A stretch of DNA of 63,834 nt, the filler included, from Octopus bimaculoides (Eukaryota), in the NCBI RefSeq assembly GCF_001194135.2. It is 6 parts of 6 records of this genome, joined end to end, with 100 filler letters (N's around TTAATTAATTAA, not from the genome) between each part and the next. Parts side by side here need not be neighbours in the genome. Positions count along the whole stretch, not along the records: positions 1 to 16,843 come from NC_068987.1; positions 16,944 to 36,551 come from NC_068981.1; 4 more parts are not named here. One strand, given 5' to 3'. Below the pieces are notes generated by a model. That model was not told where the DNA came from. It did no database searches and saw only the letters and a program-made list of their open reading frames with translations. This document shows, one piece after another, positions 11,101-23,816 of this stretch. The translations under genes and the position numbers were made by a program. Within the stretch, counting starts at the first letter, position 1, and each line of letters starts with the position of its first letter.

Positions 11101-11349
11101 NNNNNNNNNNNNNNNNNNNNNNNNNNNNNNNNNNNNNNNNNNNNNNNNNNNNNNNNNNNNNNNNNNNNNNNNNNNNNNNNNNNNNNNNNNNNNNNNNNNN
11201 NNNNNNNNNNNNNNNNNNNNNNNNNNNNNNNNNNNNNNNNNNNNNNNNNNNNNNNNNNNNNNNNNNNNNNNNNNNNNNNNNNNNNNNNNNNNNNNNNNNN
11301 NNNNNNNNNNNNNNNNNNNNNNATATATATATATATATATATATATATA

Positions 11350-11643
11350 AGATGGACTCTACCGTTGAAGACGACGTATGAGCGTTCATCTATTGCCGAA
11401 TGACCTGCACGATTGATTTGCTTATAGTGGTCAAATGCCCGTTGCGCACATTAAGCCAATCCTCGCCATCAAATCGACGTTGTCTGAACAGGTGCCCGAT
11501 GTACCACGCATCGGGTGTCGAAGTGATGACAGAGCAACGCAAGATGAAGTGTATTGCTCAAGAGTACAACGCACCGCCTGGTCTAGCAATTGAAATCACG
11601 ATCGCTAGATCGTCAGTGCAACACCCTAACCACTAAGCCATGC
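11350..11643 (-). mobile_element. tRNA-headed SINE, family D
   Basis: Minus strand begins GCATGGCTTAGTGGTTAGGGTGTTGCAC...GATTTCAATTGC, then TCTTGAGCAATACACTT. Confidence 0.6.
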
Positions 11644-12334
11644 ATATGTGTGTATATATATATCTGTGTGTGCGTGCATGTGTGAGTGTATGTGTTAGAC
11701 GTAATTCTGTTACACTGAACCAAGTGCGTTCTATGTTTTAGCTTCTGTCCACCAGTATTTTTGTCTCTAATATTTTTGTACTTACGTTTTAACACAATCA
11801 AATAGCACGTCGCGGCATGAAAATATAGAAATAACAATGTGAACATCTGCGTGTGTGGCTTGTATGTTTGTTTCTGTCTTAAAATGTTACTTTATACGTC
11901 TAGTTTAAAAGCATTGTTGCAGCATGGTTATGTCAGTGTGTTCGCGTGTCGAGTATATCTGTCATTGAATATCTTGACATTATACCACTGCGTACATGTA
12001 ACAGATTGTTTGTGTCAAAGCTGTATGCAGACATGGCTTACAGTTTTTTTTTTCTGTTTATAAATAGTGCAGTTGGTAAACGGAGTCGTTTTTGACTGTG
12101 TCTGCATGTGGAAGATCTGCTTACTCAAGTGCTTGTCACCACAGCTTTTAAACATGTTTAAAAGAGTGACAAACTAGCTTTGCTATCAATCATGTTGTTT
12201 CGAGTTCAGTTCTACTGCGTGGCACATGCGCCAAGTGTCTTCTGTTGTAGCTTGGAGTCGATGAATGCCTTGTGAGTGAATTTGATACTCAGAAACAAGT
12301 GGAAGCCCGCCGTGTGTGTGTATGCATGTATGCC

Positions 12335-12435
12335 ATTATTCAGTTTATTTCAAGATTTCATGCCAATAAATGAAGAACCGGTTTCTAACCTAGATCCAAG
12401 GTTCCTTCACTGGAATTTCAACATCAACAACAGGG
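12335..12435 (-). repeat. ~100-bp dispersed module with a non-canonical hammerhead-like fold
   Basis: Second copy at 60010-60107. Minus strand: CCAGTGA-AGG-AACCT..AGGTT-A-GAAA-CCGG-TT. The core deviates at G5. Confidence 0.55.
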
Positions 12436-12772
12436 TATGTATGTATGTATGTATGTATGTATGTATGTATGTATCTATCTATCTCTCTATCTATCTATCT
12501 ATCTACCTATCTATCTATCTATCTCTCTATCTATCTATCTAGAGTTCAAGGCGAACTCCAGCATGGCCGCAGCCCAATGGCTGAAACAAGTAAAAATTAA
12601 AAGATGACTGAATTCTACCTGTTAATTAACTGATATTCGAGAAGAAATAGTGTGTGCATGTGTATTTCTACGTGAGTGTGTTTACCTGTAAAAACGAAGC
12701 TATTTTCCTTTCGGTAATGAATGAAACGGTAAGAATGATCACCTGAGTGTGTTTAGATATGAATGTGGATGT

Positions 12773-12943
12773 GGAGGCGCAATGCCCAGTGGTTGGGGCA
12801 GCAGACTCGCGGTCGTAGGATCGCAGCTTCGATTCCCAGACCGGGCGTTGTGAGTGTTCATTGAGTGAAAACACCTAAAGCTCCACGAGGTTCCGGCAGG
12901 GGATGGTGGCGAAATCTGCTGTACTTTTTCACCACAACTTTCT
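12773..12943 (+). mobile_element. SINE family B, 5' part
   Basis: Direct similarity to 10830 and 62370. Confidence 0.8.
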
Positions 12944-13952
12944 GTATTTGTAAATATCCATAGCCTTAGAAGCCATAACATCTTATATTCGACCAAATGA
13001 TACCTTCGGATCCTTAACCGTCAAATCTCGGGAAACTAATTAAATAGCCACAAATTATCAACCGTCAAGGACAATCATTTACTTTTAAGAGACTCTTAAG
13101 AAAGGCGAAATTCACATCAGAAGAGATAAAGGAGATAATAAACCGCGGAAACCCTTGTTGCGGAGCCTGTTAAATAGTTGAACAGGGCTAAACCAAATAA
13201 TTGAAGAATAATTGAAGGAACTGAACGTTAATGCGAATACAAATTGCAAAACCAAACAAAAAGAAGTCTTATATACTGCATCACATGCCGACAATGAAAT
13301 GAGAATTATATGGCTAAATGGGATCGAAATTAATACAACAGGTTAAAGTGCATAAAAAAAATATCAAAAAATTATCTCTTTGAAATGTCGTATGTGGCGA
13401 ATAACTAGATATCTGTACAAATGGAAAATTTAAAATAACCCCTTTTTTTGCAAAAATAAAGGAAGAAAATTATCAAATCGATATACCGAAGAATAGACAC
13501 TTAATAAGAATTCGAAACAAAACCGATGACATGCAACACTACTACTATAAATGTCTTCCTTTATATAAATTGCCGCACAATACGTGAGTTTGAAAATCTG
13601 TCAACGGCGAAAGCGCTTACACATCATTCTGTATTTTAAGATACTTTTTTATATAATCAATAATTCTAATTTAAGAAAATCTTCTTTCGAATACTGAGAT
13701 AGTCAAAAATGCTTTCTTAATATTTTTTTAAATATATACATGCACACACGCACTCACATACGTATGGAATGTCATATTACAAATGAAAGCAATTGATTTA
13801 AGCCTGTACACAGGGTGTAGTATAATTACATTTAATTCCATCTAATTAATTTTAATTATTTTATGCATGTAGTTCCTGCTTACATAGGATTTCCCCCCTC
13901 CAAGCATTTATCATAGCATGTGAACCGAAATCTGTCAATGCATCAGTAACTC

Positions 13953-13996
13953 AACTCTGAGTGCACTACTTTTAGTGGCAGAAACAACAGTAAGCT
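13953..13996 (+). ncRNA. Degenerate hammerhead motif
   Basis: AACT-CTGAG (core truncated)-TGCACTA/TAGTGGCA-GAAA-CAACAG-TA-AGCT. Confidence 0.35.
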
Positions 13997-14339
13997 AATG
14001 AAGATGGTTACATAACTCTTGTTCTTGTGACCAAGAGTAATTGATGCACACACACATGTGTGTGTGTATATATATATATATTATTGTATATATATATATA
14101 TTATTTTGTATATATTATTGTGTATATATTATTGTGTATATATTATTGTGTATATATTATTGTGTATATATATATTATTGCTCTCGAGCAACTATGCTGT
14201 CCCGGATCGACCTTGAGCGACTGCAACACAGGTAGCGATAAGTGGGACTGAACCTGAAACCACGTGGTTGCAAAGCAAGCTTGACAAAAACAACGATAAA
14301 TTGATACTAAATTATTGATTTCATACGTAAGCAACGACC

Positions 14340-14515
14340 AGAAAATTGATTACAGAGTCAGTCGATTATACCAGCCCAAGTATTCCCCTGGTACTTTATT
14401 ATATAAATCCCTGGAAGAATAAAAGATGACCTCGGTGGAATTTGAAAGCAGAACGTAAAGATCCGGAATAAATACTGCAAAACATTTCGTCCGTCGCATT
14501 ACAGATTCTGCTAAT
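14340..14515 (-). mobile_element. SINE family C, decayed
   Basis: GTCGATTATACC...CTGGTACTTTATT...GACCTCGGTGGAATTTGAA matches family C. Confidence 0.65.
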
Positions 14516-14744
14516 CTATAAACTCCCATCTGTACCAAAATATTTTGTCTCCCTTCTCAGTGATACAAAACGCTAGAAATAACTGTCAAATCTCTTCAAA
14601 ATACACCTTTACGACCCTAACCATTTGCCTATACAAATCATTTTCATAAGTTAGTCCTAAGTGTCCCTGCTCGTTTTCAGACTTTTATTTAGTCCTTAAG
14701 CAAGACCTTTTTTTTTTATTTCTTCTATTCTTTTTCTTTATTTT

Positions 14745-14950
14745 CACGTTGCTCCGGTGAAGTCAGCTGGTAAAATGAGTTGTACTCGTAACTCATAGGG
14801 CCAGCCTTGTCACGGCCTATGACGCTAAATCTTCTTGAGAACGCTGTTAAGGGTATGTGTGTTTGTGAGGTGCTCAACCACTTGCACGTTAATTTCATGA
14901 GCAGGCTGTTCCGTTGACCGGATCAATTGGAACACACGTGGTCTTAACCG
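14745..14950 (+). mobile_element. SINE sharing the family B 3' tail
   Basis: CACTTGCACGTTAATTTCATGAGCAGGCTGTTCCGTTGA is identical to 62660-62698. Confidence 0.7.
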
Positions 14951-15393
14951 GCGAACTTTCGGTGCTAGTTTCAGACGTTCTGGTCTCCTTTACATTAATC
15001 CTACGTTCATATCAGACGTGATCCATTGACGCCAAGGACATGTCTTCTGTATCACATGTGACACAGAGTAGAGGCAATGGCTTAGATAAAGAACGATACA
15101 CAATGGATGGGATGTAGTGCTTCCTTAATATACGAAAACACTGAAGTGTCACAGTCGTGATTGGAGGGCATTTTTGATCACAGATCTGCCCAAGAGCCCG
15201 ACAGCGACGACAACAGAAGCAAGAAAACCGAAATTATTAAGATATTTGGTTCAGTGGAAGTGAACTAAAAATGGTAAGGGGGATCCACATTCATGCATCT
15301 GACATACTAAACTAAATACCTCAAGCTACGTATGTCTGATAACACGTATCAGCCTAAAAAAAGTATGGAAATATTTATGGGTGAGTGTATGTC

Positions 15394-15443
<50 letters not shown>

Positions 15444-16158
15444 CGCACACACATAATTTGCGCCCGTGTATTAGTTTGTGTTAGTCATCTGAACCGTCAT
15501 GCTACTTTNNNNNNNNNNNNNNNNNNNNNNNNNNNNNNNNNNNNNNNNNNNNNNNNNNNNNNNNNNNNNNNNNNNNNNNNNNNNNNNNNNNNNNNNNNNN
15601 NNNNNNNNNNNNNNNNNNNNNNNNNNNNNNNNNNNNNNNNNNNNNNNNNNNNNNNNNNNNNNNNNNNNNNNNNNNNNNNNNNNNNNNNNNNNNNNNNNNN
15701 NNNNNNNNNNNNNNNNNNNNNNNNNNNNNNNNNNNNNNNNNNNNNNNNNNNNNNNNNNNNNNNNNNNNNNNNNNNNNNNNNNNNNNNNNNNNNNNNNNNN
15801 NNNNNNNNNNNNNNNNNNNNNNNNNNNNNNNNNNNNNNNNNNNNNNNNNNNNNNNNNNNNNNNNNNNNNNNNNNNNNNNNNNNNNNNNNNNNNNNNNNNN
15901 NNNNNNNNNNNNNNNNNNNNNNNNNNNNNNNNNNNNNNNNNNNNNNNNNNNNNNNNNNNNNNNNNNNNNNNNNNNNNNNNNNNNNNNNNNNNNNNNNNNN
16001 NNNNNNNNNNNNNNNNNNNNNNNNNNNNNNNNNNNNNNNNNNNNNNNNNNNNNNNNNNNNNNNNNNNNNNNNNNNNNNNNNNNNNNNNNNNNNNNNNNNN
16101 NNNNNNNNNNNNNNNNNNNNNNNNNNNNNNNNNNNNNNNNNNNNNNNNNNNNNNNNNC

Positions 16159-16261
16159 TTTTTTACTTGTTTCAGTAATTTGACTGCGGCCATGCTGGAG
16201 CACCGCCTTTAGTCGAGCAAATCGACCCCAGGACTTATTCTTTGTAAGCCTAGTACTTATT
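16159..16261 (-). mobile_element. SINE family A tail
   Basis: Reverse complement of the family A 3' end. Confidence 0.85.
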
Positions 16262-16303
16262 CATATACATACATATATATGTATACATACATATACATAT
16301 ATA

Positions 16304-16339
<36 letters not shown>

Positions 16340-16433
16340 TGTATATATGTATGTATCTATGTATGTATGTATGTATATGCGTATAGAATTAGAGAAGTGT
16401 ACACACATATACATGCATCCGTATATGCGCGTG

Positions 16434-16476
<43 letters not shown>

Positions 16477-16642
16477 GTGTGTGTTCACGTATTTTCGTGT
16501 GAACACGTGTTACATAGATATGAATTGAAGTAAAGTCTGTAACTTCTAAGATTCTCATTCTTAAATGACTCCACCCAGGATTTGTGAGAGAGTGTTTCTT
16601 TGTTTGTTTGTTTGTGTGCGTGTGTGTGTGTGTGTGTATGTA

Positions 16643-16689
<47 letters not shown>

Positions 16690-16943
16690 GTGTGTGTGTG
16701 TGTATTCAAATGAGACTTCATGCCTCTTACTCAGTGTGTTCTCACACACTCATTCGCACGCTCGCCTGCATACATACATATGTACGTTCGTTCTTGCAGA
16801 CTAAGGAAACAAATGAAATTTTCTTTTATTCTTTTATTCTTTTNNNNNNNNNNNNNNNNNNNNNNNNNNNNNNNNNNNNNNNNNNNNTTAATTAATTAAN
16901 NNNNNNNNNNNNNNNNNNNNNNNNNNNNNNNNNNNNNNNNNNN

Positions 16944-16978
<35 letters not shown>

Positions 16979-16980
16979 TG

Positions 16981-17016
<36 letters not shown>

Positions 17017-17240
17017 TGAATGTATGTATGTATGTATGAATGTATGTATGTATGTATGTATGTATGTATGTATGAATGTATGTATGTATGTATGAATGTA
17101 TGTATGTATGTATGTATGTATGTATGTATGTATGTGCTTGTATCTGTGTGTGTGTGATTGCGTGTGCGTGCTTGTGTATGTGTATGTTAAAAAATGAGAC
17201 AACAAAGCCAAGAAATTTATGAGACATTTATAAAGAGAAA

Positions 17241-17293
17241 GTTAGTTTTACAGCTGTTTCTGCGATATGAGAGATATCGCTTCATCAGAGACG
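17241..17293 (-). ncRNA. Type I hammerhead motif, canonical core
   Basis: CTGATGA (17288-17282); A; 7-bp GCGATAT/ATATCGC; A; GAAA; perfect palindrome ACAGCTGT; GUA triplet. Helix I is only partly paired. Confidence 0.75.
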
Positions 17294-17540
17294 ATATGAG
17301 TGAATTAAATAGAGGGAAATAGTAGAGTTCAATATAAGACGTTATTTTGGAGAGGGTGAGATATAGGAAGTAGAAAGGGAAATAAGAGAATGAAAATAGA
17401 AACATATGTTGGATACATATAGTGCGAAACAAGGACGGAAAAATACTACTCGAATACCGAAGGTAGATTAATGTACTTTATTACTAAAGGTGCAAAAACA
17501 TCATACAAATATTTAAAAAAAAACTAATTGTCTGAGAATC

Positions 17541-17586
17541 AAAACTGTCCGACGAACGGGAACATGAAACTCTGAGTACCAGATTC
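17541..17586 (+). ncRNA. Type I hammerhead motif, tandem copy 1
   Basis: AAAACTGT-CCGACGA-ACG/CAT-GAAA-CTC-T-GAG-TA; cleavage predicted after 17578. The 3' side of helix I is diverged. Confidence 0.7.
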
Positions 17587-17616
17587 CTATGATATTTTTG
17601 TGATATTTTTGCATCT

Positions 17617-17670
<54 letters not shown>

Positions 17671-17690
17671 TATATATATATATAGATATC

Positions 17691-17736
17691 AAAACTGTCC
17701 GATGAACGGGAACGTGAAACTCAGAGTAACGGTTTT
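17691..17736 (+). ncRNA. Type I hammerhead motif, tandem copy 2
   Basis: 8-bp helix I AAAACTGT/ACGGTTTT; CCGATGA; ACG-GGAA-CGT; GAAA; ACTC-A-GAGT; GUA; cleavage predicted after 17728. Confidence 0.85.
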
Positions 17737-18145
17737 TTTGTTATATTTCTGCTGCTTTTAAATAAAGTATATATNNNNNNNNNNNNNNNNNNNNNNNNNN
17801 NNNNNNNNNNNNNNNNNNNNNNNNNNNNNNNNNNNNNNNNNNNNNNNNNNNNNNNNNNNNNNNNNNNNNNNNNNNNNNNNNNNNNNNNNNNNNNNNNNNN
17901 NNNNNNNNNNNNNNNNNNNNNNNNNNNNNNNNNNNNNNNNNNNNNNNNNNNNNNNNNNNNNNNNNNNNNNNNNNNNNNNNNNNNNNNNNNNNNNNNNNNN
18001 NNNNNNNNNNNNNNNNNNNNNNNNNNNNNNNNNNNNNNNNNNNNNNNNNNNNNNNNNNNNNNNNNNNNNNNNNNNNNNNNNNNNNNNNNNNNNNNNNNNN
18101 NNNNNNNNNNNNNNNNNNNNNNNNNNNNNNNNNNNNNNNNNNNNN

Positions 18146-18206
<61 letters not shown>

Positions 18207-19179
18207 GCATGGATGGATGGTTATAGATATATATGTGTATATAAATATATGTATGTATGTATGCCTGTATGTATGTATGTATGTATGTATGTATGTATGC
18301 ATGCATGCATGTACGTATGTTTGTATGCATTTATTCAGGGCAGAAATATGTAGTAAAATAATTAATCTTTTGAAAGCAATAAGTTCTATACACATACAGT
18401 AAATATAAATTAAAGAACTTCTCGTGTCAGCCTGAGTTGCTCTTCATTATACATATTGTTCTTTGTGTGTTTTTCAAAATGAAATATGTTGTAAATTTCA
18501 TTAAAATCGGTTCAAAATTTCAAAATAAATCAGATGCAAAAACTGCAGCTTTGTAAATAATAATGGGTGTTATTCATATAAAAATATCTTACACCACATT
18601 TCATTAAATGATTGTATGATCAAGTTCCTGTATATTACTGGTATTAATTTTCTGTGAAGCCCAAGGGTTCGGAAAAGGGATACAGTTTTCTTGAGATAAT
18701 ATTGCAGAGTATAATTAAATGCAGTGTACGAGTCTTATTCTGTAGTTAAGAACTCTCTCTCTCACACTCACACATATATATACACTCACTCATACACTTA
18801 TATATGTACATATTTATGCTATAATTAATTTATGCATCAAATGAAATAGATGATTAGTTTGAATAAAATTATAACAAAATCCTAAAATTTAAACATAATA
18901 TACGTATCCTTTTATAAAACATTTCAAATGATGTATCTGATTTATATGTGAGTGGAAATACCTTTTAAATACTTTAAATTTTTGAAATTATATCACTGTT
19001 GTTGCCAAGATTTAATTGCCTCTGGAATTTAAGAAAACACTAGTATGCGTTAGAGATAAACAATGAAATTGTAAATCATAAAAAAGTAAATGACATTCCT
19101 TTATAAGATGAATATTTTTGAGTATATCGCAAATTGGAATTCACACTAAATGCAAGAAAGAAAATTATGCAAACTATTA

Positions 19180-20398
19180 TTAGGTCATCCCATAAATAAT
19201 GCGCTTTTAAATACTTGTTTTATTTTTCAAAATTCAGATAAACAAAGTTCTTTTTTAAGCTAAAATATACACTCCTTCATTTTCTACAATGCTCTTCCAT
19301 TTATCTGGTAGTCTTGTAAGACCTCTCTTCCAAAATTCACTTGTCCGTGACGGTAAATACTCCACCAGTACTGTTCTGACCGCATCTATAGAATTCATAT
19401 TTTTTCCCTCCAAATGATATTGAAGACTGCGGAATAAATAATAATCAGATGAGGAAATGTCCAGCGAATATGATGGGTGGGGTATCGTTTCCCATTTAAA
19501 CTAGTTCCAACTTTTGGAATGTCATCCTCGTTGTATGTGGCTGTGTATCATCCTGATGGAAGAACATCTTTCGTCTTGAAAACAAAGATGGTCATTTTTC
19601 TTCTAGTGCTGGCTTAAGCCGCTCAGTCTGTTCGCAGTAGATCCCCTTTGTTACCATTTGTTTTGGGTTTAAAAGTTCAAAGTGGACTAAACTTATTGTA
19701 TCCCATTAAACCAATAACAACAATTTACGTGGGCGAAGACCATCTTTAGCCTCGGGTGCTGGTGTTTCTCCTTTCCCTGCCGACTGGTTCGGCCCTTGAC
19801 ATTATTATAAAGAACCCATTTCTCGTCACCAGTCACTATTCGGTTCAAAAAAGGTTTATTCGTGAGACATGACAGCAAAGAAGAGCACACATTTACGCTC
19901 TGCGCGCGATTAGACTCGGACAGCATGTGAGGAACATATTGACCCAATTTGTTGACTTTTCCAATGGCACGCAAGGTGCCGATGAAATGTTGAATGACCA
20001 AATCCAAGCTTCTCTGCTAGTTCCTTAACAATTATGATGGGATTTTGTTCCATCAGAGATTGCATGACGTCCTCGTCGAACTCTACAGATCTTCTAGGAC
20101 GAGGCTCGTCTTCTAGGCTGTTGTTTCAGCCTCGAAATTTCTGGACCCACCATTGACACTGGCTTACGCTTATTGTCCGATACCCATATACTGCATTCCT
20201 CGCACTTTCCATTGGGTTAGCTTTGTAAAAAATAACTGTTACAATCGAACTGCATTCTTCAAAACTTATACTAACAATAAGCACAAGGTAAAATTGCTAC
20301 CAGTTTTTATAGCAAGCTGATGCAGGTAGCTTCTTCCGTCCCCCTCCGAATTTTACTTCGAATGATTGACAAAACCGCATTATTTATGGGATGACCAA
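19180..20398 (-). mobile_element. Full-length decayed mariner (DD34D-type) transposon
   Basis: ~28-bp TIRs TTAGGTCATCCCATAAATAATGCG / CGCATTATTTATGGGATGACCAA, 5' TA flank. Transposase remnants YVPHML, IVTGDEKWVLY, HPSYSLDISSSDYYLF. Confidence 0.9.
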
Positions 20399-21885
20399 CA
20401 TTTTCGTTAATAAATAATTTGAAAACAATTTTCATATTTTTGTTGATAGGTTTTGAAAATTTCCTATAGAAGCAGTACATTCCCTAATGCATTTCTAAGG
20501 CAAAAGAAAGGAATAATTTATGCTTATATTTCACTAGCTAATATTATTTTGAGAATTAGCAGATGATTAGAATTTTATTGTTTAAAGAATGTGCTCTAAC
20601 AAGAAGTGTTTAAAAATTACTTGTAATTAAAATTGTAGGAAATGAAGAGAGATGGAAATATGATAATGGACTGTGTTAGTATTATGCCTCATTATTTTCA
20701 TGAATTAACATCTCAAACATACTTGAATTTAAGCATAAATATAAGACATATAAACAAGGAAAAGTCAATATATTTTATAACAGCGGAGATATTTATGTGT
20801 GGAGTTTAAATGTTATCGCAACAAACAATACAAAGCCCAAAAGAGAAAATTATGTGAGGAAATAGATGGAAAATCAGAATTTATAATGCATTAATAGAAA
20901 TAACTTCTTTTAGATTAGAATTAGAAATATATATATGTTTCTACAATTAACAGGAAAGTTAAATTTGGTTTCCATTAGTTATTGGGAAGAAAACTGGGAA
21001 TGTGTAAAAGTATAATTTGTTGGTGTTTCGTAAAAAGAATGACTAATATGTCGTTGTCAGATTAGTATTAATTATGATTTGAGTTGGGAATACATTTAGA
21101 TTAAGCATTAAGATTAATGAAAATGAAGTACTTTAGTTAAAATGAAATTTAATAAAGACTCAGTATGCAAAATTAAGTGCTGAATCGTTTAATGATTGTA
21201 TAATAAAAACTTATTAAGTAGTATATATAAGTTTCCTTGAGTTAAACGTTTCTATGTTACCAATCAACTGTTATTAATAGAAATGTTACTACTGTTAGTT
21301 ACATGTGTAATGGTAAATGTGCCTTATATCTGAGTTAAAAACAAAAAGAAATTCTAAAATATGGAAATAATGGAGTAAAAAATAGTCACAAATTTATCAT
21401 TAACTCAATGACATTTCATAGCAATTTCGAAACAAATGCGTCTTCTAACGAGGTAATTCAATTACCAACAAATAGTTTTTGATGCTGATACCAGTAAAAT
21501 TAATAAACTTAGTGACATGGATTTATAGTTCTGGTACCGTTTCGTTAGTTGTTTTGTTCACATTTTCTGTATACGGATGACTGTTTCATTGGCTGAGTTT
21601 GCCTGTTAGGAGAGATAAAAAAAAAATATTGGTTAAAAATGATTTGAAGTTTATGTTTGTATGATGAAAGTAATTTTGAGTAACATTTAAGTTTTTGATG
21701 TTTAGATTTCAAACGATTCATAAGTGCGAAACTGACAAGGAGTTTTATTGGTAGTGTACAGTTTAGATGAAAAATTGTTTCCCCCCATTTTATATCAAAT
21801 GATGTTTCGACTTTAAATGTCAAGTATAATTGATCAGCGACTTTTCCGCTTTTCTATTTGGATGTCCAAAAGTATGTGTGTATGT

Positions 21886-21931
<46 letters not shown>

Positions 21932-22559
21932 ATACATATGTACGTATGCACGGATGTATGTTTATGTATGCACATAAGCATGCATACAAAGGTGCACACG
22001 CGTTTCGTGCTTTTTTACGAATGAATATATGTATATAGAGAGAGAGAGGTGAGGGCTGGAAACAACGCATTCTCTTTTGGTTTTTACTATCATCTTGATT
22101 ACTTTATATGGGCGTACATCCGTGCATACATATACATGCATGTGTGAATAAGCATATGTATGCATAAGCGTAGTTTTGTGCACCTGCACCCATTCGTGTA
22201 AGCATTAACTCCATTACATGTGTAGATTACATTGTTGTGCAATATGTTTAACATATTTTGACAGTGTCTTTCATAAATCGTCTCTTGATTAGGCAGGTTC
22301 TTTGTGGTTTTATTAAACCCAGCGTCTGCAGATTGCTACTGCGACTGTTACTGAAGTAACCGAAACCAGCAAGAATTATTGGTTAGAATCTAAATCTATA
22401 ATCGAGATGCAAAAACTGCTGTTTCTCAATAGTTCACCATTCAATCGGGAAAATGATTTCAAGTATTATGTATAATTGATTTTATCTATCATTTTGCATT
22501 TTGTATGTGTATATATGTATAATACTGTTCTATATTTTTGAGATGATGAATTCTGTACA

Positions 22560-22713
22560 TTATATACATTATTTACATTAGGCGGATGTGTCGTCATCTT
22601 TTTTGTGGTTATCACAAAGTTTCGGCTGATTTACTCTCCAGGTTTCATTAGGTGTCCTGGTAGAATTCTGAACCCAAACCTGCGTTCTCATTTCTAAGGT
22701 ATTTTTTGCTGAT
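22560..22713 (-). repeat. Short module with a degenerate minimal hammerhead next to (TAA)n
   Basis: Minus strand 22656-22611: GACAC-CTAATGA-AACCTG..CAGCC-GAAA-CTTT-GTGAT (G5>A, helix III decayed). Confidence 0.45.
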
Positions 22714-22714
22714 G

Positions 22715-22745
<31 letters not shown>

Positions 22746-22775
22746 CATTATTGTTGTTGTTGTTGTTGTTGTTAT

Positions 22776-23500
22776 TTTATGCTTGACTTTTGCTTTGCAT
22801 TTGTACAAGATGGCTCCGAGTCTCACCGAAAGACTTCAGGAGACAAATTAGAAATTCATGTTAGTGTTATGCCTAGGGTGCCATATATTTGGTTTTGTAC
22901 ATAGTATTGTTCTAGAGAATGTTTAAAGAACTATAAAATAATTATGAGTTTGTTTTAAGTTTTAAAATTTGAGATTACATAGACAGTATTTTACGTAGTA
23001 TATGGGCAGTTCCCATGAGCAATATCTTTTGAATTTCTGCGATTTTGGGATTACGTGGTATCTGAACTAGGTAGCAATCAGCTCCTTTTGCTATCATTCT
23101 TAGGGCACCTATGACAACAGGTATCGTTTTAGTCTTCAAGTTCCACATTTTACTAACTTCTATTTCAAGAGATTTATATTTGCTCAATTTTTGGTAGGTC
23201 TTGACAGATACGTTTATATCGATTGGGAGAGTCATATCAATGTGGAGGCATGAGTTTTGTCTGAAGTTTTTCACTATAATGTGTGGCCTATTCGCATCTT
23301 TCTTTCTGTCAGTTTCAATGTTGAAGTTCCAGAAGAGTGAGATGTGATCATTTTCAAGCACTGGAGAGGGTTTGTATTCCCACCAGATTTTATCATGGGG
23401 CATGTCCAGGCTTTTGCAAATTCCCCAGTGAATATATTGTGCTGCTATATCATGCCTGTTGAGAAGACTGCACATGGAGACAACATGATCAAGGGTCTCA
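22776..23500 (-). mobile_element. R4/Dong-type element 3' end: restriction-like endonuclease and 3' UTR
   Basis: ORF 22975-23475: RHD, LFWNFNIETD, ANRPHIIVK, IDMTLP, KLSKYKSLEIE, IPVVIGAL, GTAHILRKIL. The 3' end abuts an (AAC)n(AAT)n array. Confidence 0.9.
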
Positions 23501-23754
23501 NNNNNNNNNNTACTGTTAAAACGTGGTTTTTAAAAGGATGTACCTTCTTTTGAAATAGGATTTAGATGTTAAATTTCATTTAGATGTTAAATGTGATACT
23601 ATGAAGCAATTGCTTTCCAAACACAATCGTTAGTAATGACATAATGTTAATTATATCTAATAGCGTCTATGTTCTGTGTTTAGAGAGATTAAACTTTCTC
23701 ATATTAAATTATATGTAGTTTGCACAAAATGATGTGCAGTAATGTTACTTTTAC

Positions 23755-23764
23755 GTTATCATCA

Positions 23765-23816
<52 letters not shown>

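Noticed and set aside
14075-14180. 14-bp TGTGTATATATTAT tandem repeat
   Set aside because: An ordinary microsatellite-derived minisatellite with no unique spacers, so not CRISPR-like.
16888-16899. TTAATTAATTAA embedded in N runs (also 36596, 48436, 56720, 62314)
   Set aside because: An identical 12-mer flanked by equal N pads that gives stops in all six frames: an assembly spacer marking contig joins, not biology. Adjacency across these points is uncertain.
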